A stretch of 64,000 bases of DNA from Desulfopila sp. (GTDB taxonomy: Bacteria > Desulfobacterota > Desulfobulbia > Desulfobulbales > Desulfocapsaceae). The position numbers and the translations under genes are program-made. The stretch lies in contig JBEPWT010000004.1 in the NCBI GenBank assembly GCA_041642275.1, positions 6,708-70,707 on the forward strand, read 5' to 3'. This document shows, one piece after another, positions 1 to 8,500 of this stretch. Every line of letters starts with the position of its first letter. Position 1 is the first letter of the stretch. The notes under the pieces are model-generated. The model had not been told where the DNA came from. It saw only the letters and a program-made list of their open reading frames with translations, and made no database searches.

Positions 1-6
1 GCCCTG

Positions 7-41
7 AAAAAAAAGGCCCCACCCTGTGCGGATGAGGCCTG
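7..41 (-). terminator. Rho-independent terminator after acsE (end of the Wood-Ljungdahl operon)
   Basis: On the minus-strand RNA there is an 11-bp stem (AGGCCUCAUCC / GGGUGGGGCCU) whose G-U pairs work only on this strand. It has a 5-nt loop followed by U8 (A-run 7-14 on the + strand). It begins about 25 nt after the acsE stop. Confidence 0.75.
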
Positions 42-65
42 AACAATGGCAATGCCTGAATACTC

Positions 66-959
66 TTACATCAAGTCCAGGTACGAATCCGAGAACAGGG
101 TCTCCCCCATGATGACACGAACGGTCTTGACGTAATCGGCTAGCTCCTTGTCCAGAGAACTCAGGTCTGGAGCGGTGCCGTCCATTGCCTGGTGAACGAC
201 TTCGACGATTTCCGGACGCTCGCCTTTGGCCACAGCTGTCAGGTTCGTATCCAGTGGATCGGCAATTACCGATTTCATGCCATAGCGTTCGAGCATGATC
301 ATATAGGTGGTGTTCAGTATCGGCCGCAACTCCACAGGGGGACCGTTGGATATATTGGAAAGCCCGCAGGTGCTCATTGCTCCGGGAGCGATATCTTCGA
401 GCATCATCTGGAAATTGAGAAGACTGACGCATTGCTGCTGCTGGATATTGACCGGGGTGACGATACCGTCGACCCAAATCTTTTCGTTGGGAATGCCAGC
501 CTCATTGGCGGCATAGCACAGTTCCACACACAGCGCCGCCCGCTCGTTTTCGTCGCGGGGCAGTCCGTCCGGCCCCCACAGCAGAGCGACGATGTCAGCC
601 TCATACTTGGCGGCCATCGGCAGCATGACCTCATATCTTTCCGGCCTGGCCATTATGGAATTGACGATATGCGGCTTTGTCGCCGGCTTGAGGACCTTGA
701 GACCTTCCTCGATGGCGGCGATATTGGATGTGTCGAGCAGCAGCGGCACATCCCCGGAGACCTCCTGGACCACCTGACAGACCCAGGGCATCAATTCGTG
801 ACCGTCTTTTTTCGCAGGACCAAGATTGATATCGATGTAATCCATGCGTTTTTCAATCTGATCCTGCACTTCTGCCTGAATCGGTTTTGGGTCACGCTCC
901 TTATATGCCCGTCCTATCACCGTGGAAATGACGTTCAGGCTTTCTCCAAATAAAATCAT
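66..959 (-). CDS. acsE: Methyltetrahydrofolate:corrinoid/iron-sulfur protein methyltransferase (pterin-binding, DHPS-like TIM barrel)
   Basis: 297-aa ORF with full-length resemblance to AcsE/MeTr (pterin-binding domain). It is the last gene of the acs/cdh cluster. Confidence 0.9.
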   Translation of the reverse strand: MILFGESLNVISTVIGRAYKERDPKPIQAEVQDQIEKRMDYIDINLGPAKKDGHELMPWVCQVVQEVSGDVPLLLDTSNIAAIEEGLKVLKPATKPHIVNSIMARPERYEVMLPMAAKYEADIVALLWGPDGLPRDENERAALCVELCYAANEAGIPNEKIWVDGIVTPVNIQQQQCVSLLNFQMMLEDIAPGAMSTCGLSNISNGPPVELRPILNTTYMIMLERYGMKSVIADPLDTNLTAVAKGERPEIVEVVHQAMDGTAPDLSSLDKELADYVKTVRVIMGETLFSDSYLDLM

Positions 960-998
960 AATCCTTCCTCCAAAAAAGTGGGTATATCAGCTATATTT

Positions 999-2342
999 TC
1001 ACGCCTTTGCTTTCAGAAAACCGGGTAAATGGGCGGCCTCCCGCGGACCGACGGTTATGGTCCACCCGGGCAGTTCTTCCTCGACATCGCCTGCAATGGC
1101 GGCGGCGTATCCCGGAATGATGAGTTCGGTATGCTTGACCTTGTCCATGATACCGCTCTTCTTGACGAACATGCCGACGTCATCGCCGCCGAACTTGCCT
1201 GCAGCCCAGGCGGTGAGAACGGAAAGGCCTTCCGAGTCCTTGATGAGCAGCCAGGCCGAGACCTTGCTTGCCTCGATTTCGCCGGAGACGATAAAATAGG
1301 TAAGGGCGAAGTTGGTGGTCACCAGTACCGGGGAGTTTTCGTCCGGCGTGCCGATCTCAAAAATTCCTTCGGTTACCGTCATGGGACGCTGCGGATCGGT
1401 GAAGATATTGAGCCGCTCGAGCAGGAGGGGGAAGATAATCTCGGTTTTCAAGTCGGAGAGTACGACAATACCGCCGTACTTGGCGACAAACATGGCACCG
1501 ATCAAGGTCTCCATATCGGTATTGGTGGCCATCTCTGCCGGGAAGGTTATGGTCGGGAAACCGACGGAGCGGTTTGAATCTTTCAGTGCCGCCCTTCTCA
1601 AGGCCACCTGGTCCTCGAGCGCCTGCTTGAGGTCCCTGCTGCCCGTGTCGATGACCAGGTCTTTGAGCCCCATGGCCACCAGTTTGTCGGTGAGGGCGAT
1701 GACACCGTCGATGGAGTCGGCCTTGACGGCCAGAGGCAGATCGTTGTCAAGGGCGATCTGGCCGAAGGCGTCGGCTGTTTTATCCGTTGCCGCATAGATA
1801 AGAGGACGTTTGAAGCCGGCTGTTTCTACAGCCGCGGCAATCACCTCGGCTTCCGGGCTCATCAGAATAAGGTTGAATTCCGATTTTTCGGCAACATATT
1901 TGGCCAGTGCGGCGAAGGCCTCCTTGTCACCATTGACATCCTTGAGGGCCACAAGCTCCGGGCGCAGGTTGAAGCCGACACGTTCATATTGGAAAGCGTT
2001 CCAGGCGGCAAGCTTGGTTTCGAGGTCAGCCTCCGAGGTGTCCGAGGTTATGGTGCCGGCAAAAAGTGTCGGGTTGAAAAAGGTTTTTTCATGCCTGTAC
2101 ATCACGGTTTCACCGCCGGTGGCGGCCTTTCTCACACCTTTGCCGATCTTGACGGGTCGTATGGGCGGAGCCGAAGCTTCGGCCAACTGCTCCCGCGCCT
2201 CATCGGAAACATAGGGGCAGGCATCGAGTTCAGCCTTGCCGGATGCAAGATTCATAGCAAAAGCAAGGCAGGTCGGAACTCCGCACTCCTTGCAATTCGT
2301 TTTTGGCAGGAGTTTGAATATCTGAATACCAGTTAACGCCAT
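999..2342 (-). CDS. acsC: Corrinoid iron-sulfur protein large subunit (CODH/ACS gamma, CdhE/AcsC)
   Basis: 447 aa. The N-terminal 4Fe-4S cysteine motif CKECGVPTCLAF...ACPY is typical of the CFeSP large subunit. It lies between acsB and acsE. Confidence 0.9.
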   Translation of the reverse strand: MALTGIQIFKLLPKTNCKECGVPTCLAFAMNLASGKAELDACPYVSDEAREQLAEASAPPIRPVKIGKGVRKAATGGETVMYRHEKTFFNPTLFAGTITSDTSEADLETKLAAWNAFQYERVGFNLRPELVALKDVNGDKEAFAALAKYVAEKSEFNLILMSPEAEVIAAAVETAGFKRPLIYAATDKTADAFGQIALDNDLPLAVKADSIDGVIALTDKLVAMGLKDLVIDTGSRDLKQALEDQVALRRAALKDSNRSVGFPTITFPAEMATNTDMETLIGAMFVAKYGGIVVLSDLKTEIIFPLLLERLNIFTDPQRPMTVTEGIFEIGTPDENSPVLVTTNFALTYFIVSGEIEASKVSAWLLIKDSEGLSVLTAWAAGKFGGDDVGMFVKKSGIMDKVKHTELIIPGYAAAIAGDVEEELPGWTITVGPREAAHLPGFLKAKA

Positions 2343-2407
2343 TGTCTTTATCTCCTTGTTATGGGCAGGGAGCAGTTCCAGAGAAACTGCTCCCCGTCTG
2401 AAGTGTT

Positions 2408-4621
2408 TTAGCCAATCAGCGGATCCATCGACATTGCCGGATGATTCTTCTCCTGCAGCCAGGGCAGAATCTCATCCTCGGTGATGCCAATGGTTTCATC
2501 GGCGATCATATCGGCAAAATTCTTGACCCCGAGTTCTTCGCCGCGGGCGTTAAGCCGATCACGGATCTCATCCTTGAGGATCTTCGGCATCCAAACCATG
2601 CGCAGAAGGCCGCCATCGCCGACGATGAACTTCTTCTGGGTGATATTGAATTTGGAATGGCCGACGAAGCCGGGCGAGGAGGCGCCGCCGCCCATGACTC
2701 CCGCAAGAGTGGTGAACTTCATGCCCGAAGGCGTCTCGCCTGAGTAGTCGCGGCCCACCGTCATCACGCCGTTGCAGCTCGGCAGCATGGCGGCGATACA
2801 TTCACAGCAGCCGCAGGTGGTCATCGGCGCGTTGACCAGGGAGTAGAAATTGTAGGTCTCATGGGCGCCCTTGGAGGCGGCCTTGAGAAATTCATCGACT
2901 CCTTCGAAGCGTCCGAGGACCGGATCGAGCACCTTGCCCTTCTTGATCGGCTGGTTGGGCCCGGTGGGATTGATTTCAAACGAGGCCTTACAGTCCATCC
3001 AGTTGTAGGCACCGCAGAGCCCGGTCCTTTCCGGGCTTACGGCACAGACATGGCTGGGGGCAAAGGATTGACACAGTGTACAGGAGTAGAAGGTGTCGAC
3101 ATCTTCGTCGGCCATGGTATCGACTCGCTCATCGCGCATCTTGTACTCGGCTCGGGCCCTTTCCGTCAGTTTGTCGACATCTTCGGGGTTGGTGTAAAGT
3201 GTAACTTGAACCTTGTCAATTATCTTCTGGAAATCCTGGTGGAATTTCGCATGCAGAACAACGCCGAGGTCTTTGAGGGTAAAGCCTTTTTCAACGGCCG
3301 CCTTGCTGACGCGGACCCAGGAGATATCACGCTGTCCGATGTGCATGACCCCCTGGATATAGTTGATCAGGTGATGAATCTGCCTCTCCAGGATCGGCTC
3401 GAAGTCATCCTGGAATTCACGGCCGGCAATCTGGATGTAAATACCCAGCGCCAGCGTGTCGCCCTCTTTGAGATCGCCGATATCCTTACCGACCAGTTCT
3501 ACCTTGCCGTCTTCGATTTCGTTCATCTCCGCCTTTTTTGCCAGCTCGGTGCATTGGGTCTTGCCGCCGCCCATCTGGCAGTAGAGGTCGGCGCCGCGAA
3601 CACGCTCACCTTCAAAGGCCGGGCCGAAGGAACAGGGGATATCGATTTCGGTGATGTTGATCTTCAAACCGCGCACCTCGACCGAGCGCTGACATATCTC
3701 GTCGTGGGGGACGTTGGCGACCACATGCTCGTAGGTGCAGATACCGGTGGGCAGGATCTCGGGAATATCGGTATCCGCCAGCGTCGGGAAACCCCAGTTG
3801 ACCGCCCCTGCGGCAGCTACGGCCCATTCGGTACCGACATCGCCCAAGGCGTTTATAAAGGCGAAAATCCTGTTTTTATTGTAAAGCAGCATCTTGCGGT
3901 AATCGCCTGGCTGGACGCCGCCGAAGGCCATGGCAGCCCTGTTGGCGAAGCCCAGGGCGAAAACGGCCGAGGAAATGTCGGGTCCGAAGGGAACGATCCG
4001 GGTATTCCAGCCAACCTGCATGCCGGCTTCGAGGCACTGCTCGATGACGGTTTTGCCGTAATGGTTGGCAGCGCAGAAGATATAGAGACTCTTCCGCTGA
4101 TAATCCTCAACGATCATCTTGGCGATTTCCGGATTGGGCGCGGCGCCGACGATGGCGGCAAAGCCGGGGGCGGAACCGTCGACGAACTCGACGCCACGCT
4201 TGCGCAGGATAGTGTCGTCTGCGGGTCCAACCCATATTTTCCCAGCATCAATATCTGGATCTTCCTGGGAAATATAAAAATCCGGTTCCCTGAGGATTCG
4301 CAGAGCCTCCTTGACTTCATAGGCGAAGATGCCGGCCATGCCTGCATCGAGAAGCGGTCCGAGATAGGGAAGATGGTTCTGTCCTTTCATATGCGGCGGC
4401 AGAAGGCCACGGGCAAATTCCAGGGGTTTTTTCAGGTCTTCGAGGGTTTCACACTTCATGCCGGTAAGGGAATAGATAACCGGCAGATAGTAGGCTGTAT
4501 TGGGAAATCCGATGGGGGTACTGGCATCCTGGGACTGCAGAGCCCTGTCCAACTCACCTTCCACCTGGGATACCACCTTATAGCCGCCCTGTATTGCTGC
4601 AAACGCTACTAATCTAGACAT
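2408..4621 (-). CDS. acsB: Acetyl-CoA synthase (A-cluster subunit, AcsB/CdhC)
   Basis: 737 aa. A-cluster ligand pattern: CTLCQSFAPSHVC...LC followed by the CGC motif in TTCGCCECI. Full-length AcsB-like. Confidence 0.92.
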   Translation of the reverse strand: MSRLVAFAAIQGGYKVVSQVEGELDRALQSQDASTPIGFPNTAYYLPVIYSLTGMKCETLEDLKKPLEFARGLLPPHMKGQNHLPYLGPLLDAGMAGIFAYEVKEALRILREPDFYISQEDPDIDAGKIWVGPADDTILRKRGVEFVDGSAPGFAAIVGAAPNPEIAKMIVEDYQRKSLYIFCAANHYGKTVIEQCLEAGMQVGWNTRIVPFGPDISSAVFALGFANRAAMAFGGVQPGDYRKMLLYNKNRIFAFINALGDVGTEWAVAAAGAVNWGFPTLADTDIPEILPTGICTYEHVVANVPHDEICQRSVEVRGLKINITEIDIPCSFGPAFEGERVRGADLYCQMGGGKTQCTELAKKAEMNEIEDGKVELVGKDIGDLKEGDTLALGIYIQIAGREFQDDFEPILERQIHHLINYIQGVMHIGQRDISWVRVSKAAVEKGFTLKDLGVVLHAKFHQDFQKIIDKVQVTLYTNPEDVDKLTERARAEYKMRDERVDTMADEDVDTFYSCTLCQSFAPSHVCAVSPERTGLCGAYNWMDCKASFEINPTGPNQPIKKGKVLDPVLGRFEGVDEFLKAASKGAHETYNFYSLVNAPMTTCGCCECIAAMLPSCNGVMTVGRDYSGETPSGMKFTTLAGVMGGGASSPGFVGHSKFNITQKKFIVGDGGLLRMVWMPKILKDEIRDRLNARGEELGVKNFADMIADETIGITEDEILPWLQEKNHPAMSMDPLIG

Positions 4622-4673
4622 GCTTTCCTCCTTTTTTGAGGATGAATTCTATTATTGTCAATGTGTTGGACGC

Positions 4674-6704
4674 TTACTCCATACCGAGGGCCTGTCTGTC
4701 AGCCATATCCATCAGAACTCGCTCACGGGTCTTGTCGATGCCGAGGGCAGCTCGTTTTTTATCGATATGGGCAATCATTTTATGGGCATGCTTGATCGGA
4801 TCCGGTTCACAATCCCACTTGCCGCCATAGAGTTTTTCCATTTCCTTGTAGAGATAATCCTTGAATTCCGGGGCGCCCTCTACCGGCATGTGATAGCCGA
4901 ACACCGTGTAGACGCCCGAGGCCACAAAGTACTGACCGATGGAAATGGCCTTCTCGCTCATCCACTCGGGAGCACTTCCCGCCGCCGGAAGATCGGATAT
5001 GTCTTCGCCGAGACCGCCGGCCTTGACCACTTCGGTGGCAGCCAGAAGAATCCGGCTGTTGTCGACGCAGGAACCAAGGTGCAGTACAGGTGGAATACCC
5101 ACGGTTTCACAGACTTCGGCAAGACCCGGACCGCAGTGTACCGCAGCCGCTCCAGGGGTGAGCAGTCCGTGGATACCGGCGGCAATGGCGCTGCAGCCGG
5201 TGGTGAGAACGATGACGTCGTTTTTTATCAGCTCCTTGATCAGGGTGATATGCTCTTCGTTATGCTTGGTCCTGGCGTTGTTGCAGCCGACAACGCCGGC
5301 TATGCCACGGATGCGGCCGTTGATGATATTATCGTTCAAGGTGAAGTAATCGCCTCTGAAGGAGCCGCCCAGGTGGTACTGGATCGATTCTACGCCGAAG
5401 CCGGCGATCTGGGTGGTTTTATGCTTGGGAATCATGACATCGGCGCCACGTTCCTTGAAGTTGTCAATGGCCATCTTGACGATGCGCTTGGCATCCTGCA
5501 TGGCATAATGCTCGTCGAATTCGATGTGAATGACATTGTCCTGCTCCATCTTGGCGATGGGATGGGTGGTAATCAGTTTGGTGTGAAAACACTTGGCGAC
5601 GTTGGCCAGGTTCTGGAAGATGCACTGGACATCGACGACCATGGCATCGCAGGCGCCGGTGATGATGGCAAGCTCCTGCTGCAGAAAAGTACCTGCAGGC
5701 GGCACGCCGTGACGCTGGAGCAGTTCGTTTGCCGTACAGCAGATTCCGCCGAGCTGGATGCCCTTGGCGCCCTGCTCCTTGGCATAGTCGATCATCTCCT
5801 GGGATTGGGCGGCGGCAACGATCATCTCGGAGAGCAGGGGCTCGTGGCCGTGGACGATTATATTGACGTGATCTTCCTTCATGATGCCGAGGTTGGCTTC
5901 CGACTGCAAAGGCGATGGAGTGCCGAACATCACATCCTGGAGGTCGGTGCCAATCATGGAACCGCCCCAGCCGTCGGCAAGCGCGCAGCGGGTACCCTGT
6001 TTCATCAGGTTCTTATAGTCCTGGTCGACGCCCATATGCGTCCGATGCATAATCTCGACGATCTCGCGGTCTATGTTGCGCGGTAAAACGCCCGCCTTTT
6101 CCCATTTTTCCTGCAGGAGCTTTGGTGCTCTCTTGAGATAATCAACCGAACCTTCGGCTTTCCCCCACTCATCCATCGCTTTTTTGGCCACGGCCAGGGC
6201 TATTTCCTTGATATCCCTGTCCTTGGTTTCCCCATCCTCCTCGACGGTGGTGGCGACGCCGAAGTACGGGGCTATCTGGATGAGCTTGGCCGGGTCTTTA
6301 ATGCCGTAGTCGGGGGCATTGCCGGTAACCGCTGCATAAAAGGTTTCCGCAACCCCGCGTCCGTGGTCTGAATGCGCTGCCGCGCCTGCGGCAATCATCC
6401 GTACAAAGTTTCTGGCGCAAATGGTATTGGCCGTTGCTCCGCACAAGCCCTTGCGGGTGTCTTCCCCTTCTATGCCGCTCTTTGGCAGGGGCAGGCGACA
6501 GGGGCCCATGGCACAGTTCTTACAACAGATACCCTGCAGGCCAATGGCACAGGGCTTCATGGTAACCGCGCGATCAAAAACCGTTTCTATCTCCAGTTTT
6601 TGGGCACGTCTGATCATTTCCTGGGTTGAGACCTCAATGGATGCTTCCATGGGATCTGCGAGTTTGGGCGCCTTGGGTACGGGTGTTTGTTTTGCTTCTG
6701 CCAT
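4674..6704 (-). CDS. cooS: Anaerobic Ni-Fe carbon-monoxide dehydrogenase catalytic subunit
   Basis: 676 aa. The N-terminal B/D-cluster cysteines (CAIGLQGICCKNCAMGPC) and overall CooS/AcsA architecture are present. Adjacent to acsB. Confidence 0.92.
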   Translation of the reverse strand: MAEAKQTPVPKAPKLADPMEASIEVSTQEMIRRAQKLEIETVFDRAVTMKPCAIGLQGICCKNCAMGPCRLPLPKSGIEGEDTRKGLCGATANTICARNFVRMIAAGAAAHSDHGRGVAETFYAAVTGNAPDYGIKDPAKLIQIAPYFGVATTVEEDGETKDRDIKEIALAVAKKAMDEWGKAEGSVDYLKRAPKLLQEKWEKAGVLPRNIDREIVEIMHRTHMGVDQDYKNLMKQGTRCALADGWGGSMIGTDLQDVMFGTPSPLQSEANLGIMKEDHVNIIVHGHEPLLSEMIVAAAQSQEMIDYAKEQGAKGIQLGGICCTANELLQRHGVPPAGTFLQQELAIITGACDAMVVDVQCIFQNLANVAKCFHTKLITTHPIAKMEQDNVIHIEFDEHYAMQDAKRIVKMAIDNFKERGADVMIPKHKTTQIAGFGVESIQYHLGGSFRGDYFTLNDNIINGRIRGIAGVVGCNNARTKHNEEHITLIKELIKNDVIVLTTGCSAIAAGIHGLLTPGAAAVHCGPGLAEVCETVGIPPVLHLGSCVDNSRILLAATEVVKAGGLGEDISDLPAAGSAPEWMSEKAISIGQYFVASGVYTVFGYHMPVEGAPEFKDYLYKEMEKLYGGKWDCEPDPIKHAHKMIAHIDKKRAALGIDKTRERVLMDMADRQALGME

Positions 6705-6768
6705 TTGAGGTTCCTCCTCATAAATGTTTCAAAGTATAGCTCATATGAAAAACAGGGACCAGACCGTC

Positions 6769-8322
6769 TTACCGCCTGTGAAATCTGTTAAGCATCTGGA
6801 TGATTTTTTCCTGCTGCGTAAGCTGTATTTCCGCAGCGGTCATGGTTTCCTCGATGGACTCTTCTTTTTCTCCTGCGCTACGACCGGCCCTGGCTTTCTG
6901 CCTTTCGGCGCGCAGGGCAGCCTCTTCTGCCTCGCGCTTGGCGACGGCATCGGCTTCGGCCTGTTTCTTGGCTTCTTCCTTGGCCTTCTCTTCCGCCTTG
7001 GCTTTGGCTTCAGCTTCCTCCTTGGCTTTGGCTTCGGCTTTAGCCTTGGCTTCTGCATCGGCTTTAGCCTTGGCCTCCGCCTCTTGCTTGGCTCGTGCTT
7101 CCGCCTCTTCCCTGGCCTTGGCTTCCGCCTCGGGATCGGCGGCGGGCCTGGCTTCTTCTTTTACTTCGGGCTTAGGCTCGGGCTTTTGCTGAGCTTCCGG
7201 TTTGGCCTCCGCCTTCGGGGCGGCAGGCGCCTCTTTCGCTGCGGGTGCGGCTTTTTTCGCTGCAGCCGGCTTCTTCTCTTCCTCGATTGTCAGGTCAAGT
7301 TCCGGTGCCAAACTGGCAAAGTCGACATTGACATCGGCCAAACGTTTTTCAATGGGGGCGACGTCCTTGGCGTCTCCGCCTTCCATCATGACGGTTATGA
7401 ATTCCCTGGTCAGGCGAATGGATTCGGGATGGCGCATGATGAGGATGTTGCTGCCGCTCATAAGATAGGTGACCGCGGCGACGGCCTCCATGAGTATGCC
7501 TCTTCTTTCCGGGTCGCCCAGCAGCGGTGCGTCGTCAACGGTTTCTTTTGCCTCCTTGCACTTCCACACTTCGTTGCCGACGTTGTTGATCATAGGATAC
7601 TGCAGCTTATCGTCGCCCTGTCCCATGGCGGCGAGATACAGTCTCTCCATTACGGAGTATGTATACTCCAGGCCGTATCCGAGACCACCGGTGGTCGGGT
7701 CGACTATGATCCGGTCCATGGGCATGCCGAGGTTCTCAAGGAGAATATTCACCTGTTTCGCCAGGTTGACATCGATTGGAGAAGAGGAAATCAGGCTTTG
7801 GCCATATCCCATGGCCGCCGCACCAATGCCCTTGTAGTTCTTCTCCTCGACGGGACCCAGGAGCAGATTCTCGCCCTGGCACTCCTCGGCGATGACCTTG
7901 AGAACCTCTTCATCTTTGGCGGGATTGGTACATCCCCAGACGATCAGCGGCACATCGACGGCGGCCAGTACTTTTTTGACTGTCTCGGCGGCGGACTGGG
8001 GGCTGGCATCCTTGTCATTGGGATCAGTTGATTTCAGTTGCAGACAGATTGCCCTGGCGCCGTATTCTTCAACGCACTTCTTCGCCCAGGCCGCAGGGTC
8101 CTTGACGACATCTTTAAAAGGTTCCAGGGCTGGTTCAGGCCAGTCTTGAGGTTCAATGTCCCAGATCTCCATGGCTATCACCGGCCTGTTGGGCATATCT
8201 CCTTCGAAGGTATAGAAGGGATAACAGCTTTCTCCTCCCACTTTAAGGGCCTTATCCCCCTTGCCGATGGATATCTCCTTTATGGTTCCGGTAGAGGATT
8301 CCTTCTTGATTTCAAATCCCAC
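6769..8322 (-). CDS. acsD: Corrinoid iron-sulfur protein small subunit (AcsD/CdhD) with a ~170-aa E/A/K-rich C-terminal extension
   Basis: The track ORF runs 6769..8370. I place the start at the GTG at 8322 because a perfect AAGGAGG (8328-8334) sits 5 nt upstream. The core (about 345 aa) is AcsD-like. The tail from about aa 363 of the track ORF is low complexity. Confidence 0.85.
   Translation of the reverse strand: MGFEIKKESSTGTIKEISIGKGDKALKVGGESCYPFYTFEGDMPNRPVIAMEIWDIEPQDWPEPALEPFKDVVKDPAAWAKKCVEEYGARAICLQLKSTDPNDKDASPQSAAETVKKVLAAVDVPLIVWGCTNPAKDEEVLKVIAEECQGENLLLGPVEEKNYKGIGAAAMGYGQSLISSSPIDVNLAKQVNILLENLGMPMDRIIVDPTTGGLGYGLEYTYSVMERLYLAAMGQGDDKLQYPMINNVGNEVWKCKEAKETVDDAPLLGDPERRGILMEAVAAVTYLMSGSNILIMRHPESIRLTREFITVMMEGGDAKDVAPIEKRLADVNVDFASLAPELDLTIEEEKKPAAAKKAAPAAKEAPAAPKAEAKPEAQQKPEPKPEVKEEARPAADPEAEAKAREEAEARAKQEAEAKAKADAEAKAKAEAKAKEEAEAKAKAEEKAKEEAKKQAEADAVAKREAEEAALRAERQKARAGRSAGEKEESIEETMTAAEIQLTQQEKIIQMLNRFHRR
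6856..7284 (-). repeat. Low-complexity coding repeat (cryptic GCYTTGGCYTC-type units encoding EAKAKAEAKAKEEAEAKA...)
   Basis: Direct reading shows runs of near-identical short units on the + strand between about 6930 and 7140. They translate on the minus strand to an A/E/K/P-rich segment inside the acsD ORF. Confidence 0.8.
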
Positions 8323-8500
8323 TTTAGCCTCCTTACAAATGAAAATTAGTCTCCTGAAGGCCGCGGACACTGTTTACTTTACGTAAACAGCAAGCCGCAC
8401 GTCGCTTCCTGACCTTCCCGTTTCTTTGTTGCCAATGACTACGAAAAAACATATATTGTTTTGATTTACATACCTTTTTTCCGGTCGTATCGAGCTGCTT

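Noticed and set aside
6856-7284. Periodic short repeats that could at first glance suggest a CRISPR-like or tandem-repeat locus.
   Set aside because: - The units are about 9-12 nt, degenerate and contiguous, with no spacers.
- They lie inside an uninterrupted ORF and encode an E/A/K-rich tail.
- This is a coding low-complexity repeat and not a CRISPR array.
2861-8031. Long + strand ORFs (2861-4612, 583 aa; 4620-6086, 488 aa; 6724-8031, 435 aa) opposite acsB, cooS and acsD.
   Set aside because: - They are antisense shadows of well-supported Wood-Ljungdahl genes.
- The 6724-8031 product is simply the reverse reading of the E/A/K repeat, which yields G/F/L-rich low complexity.
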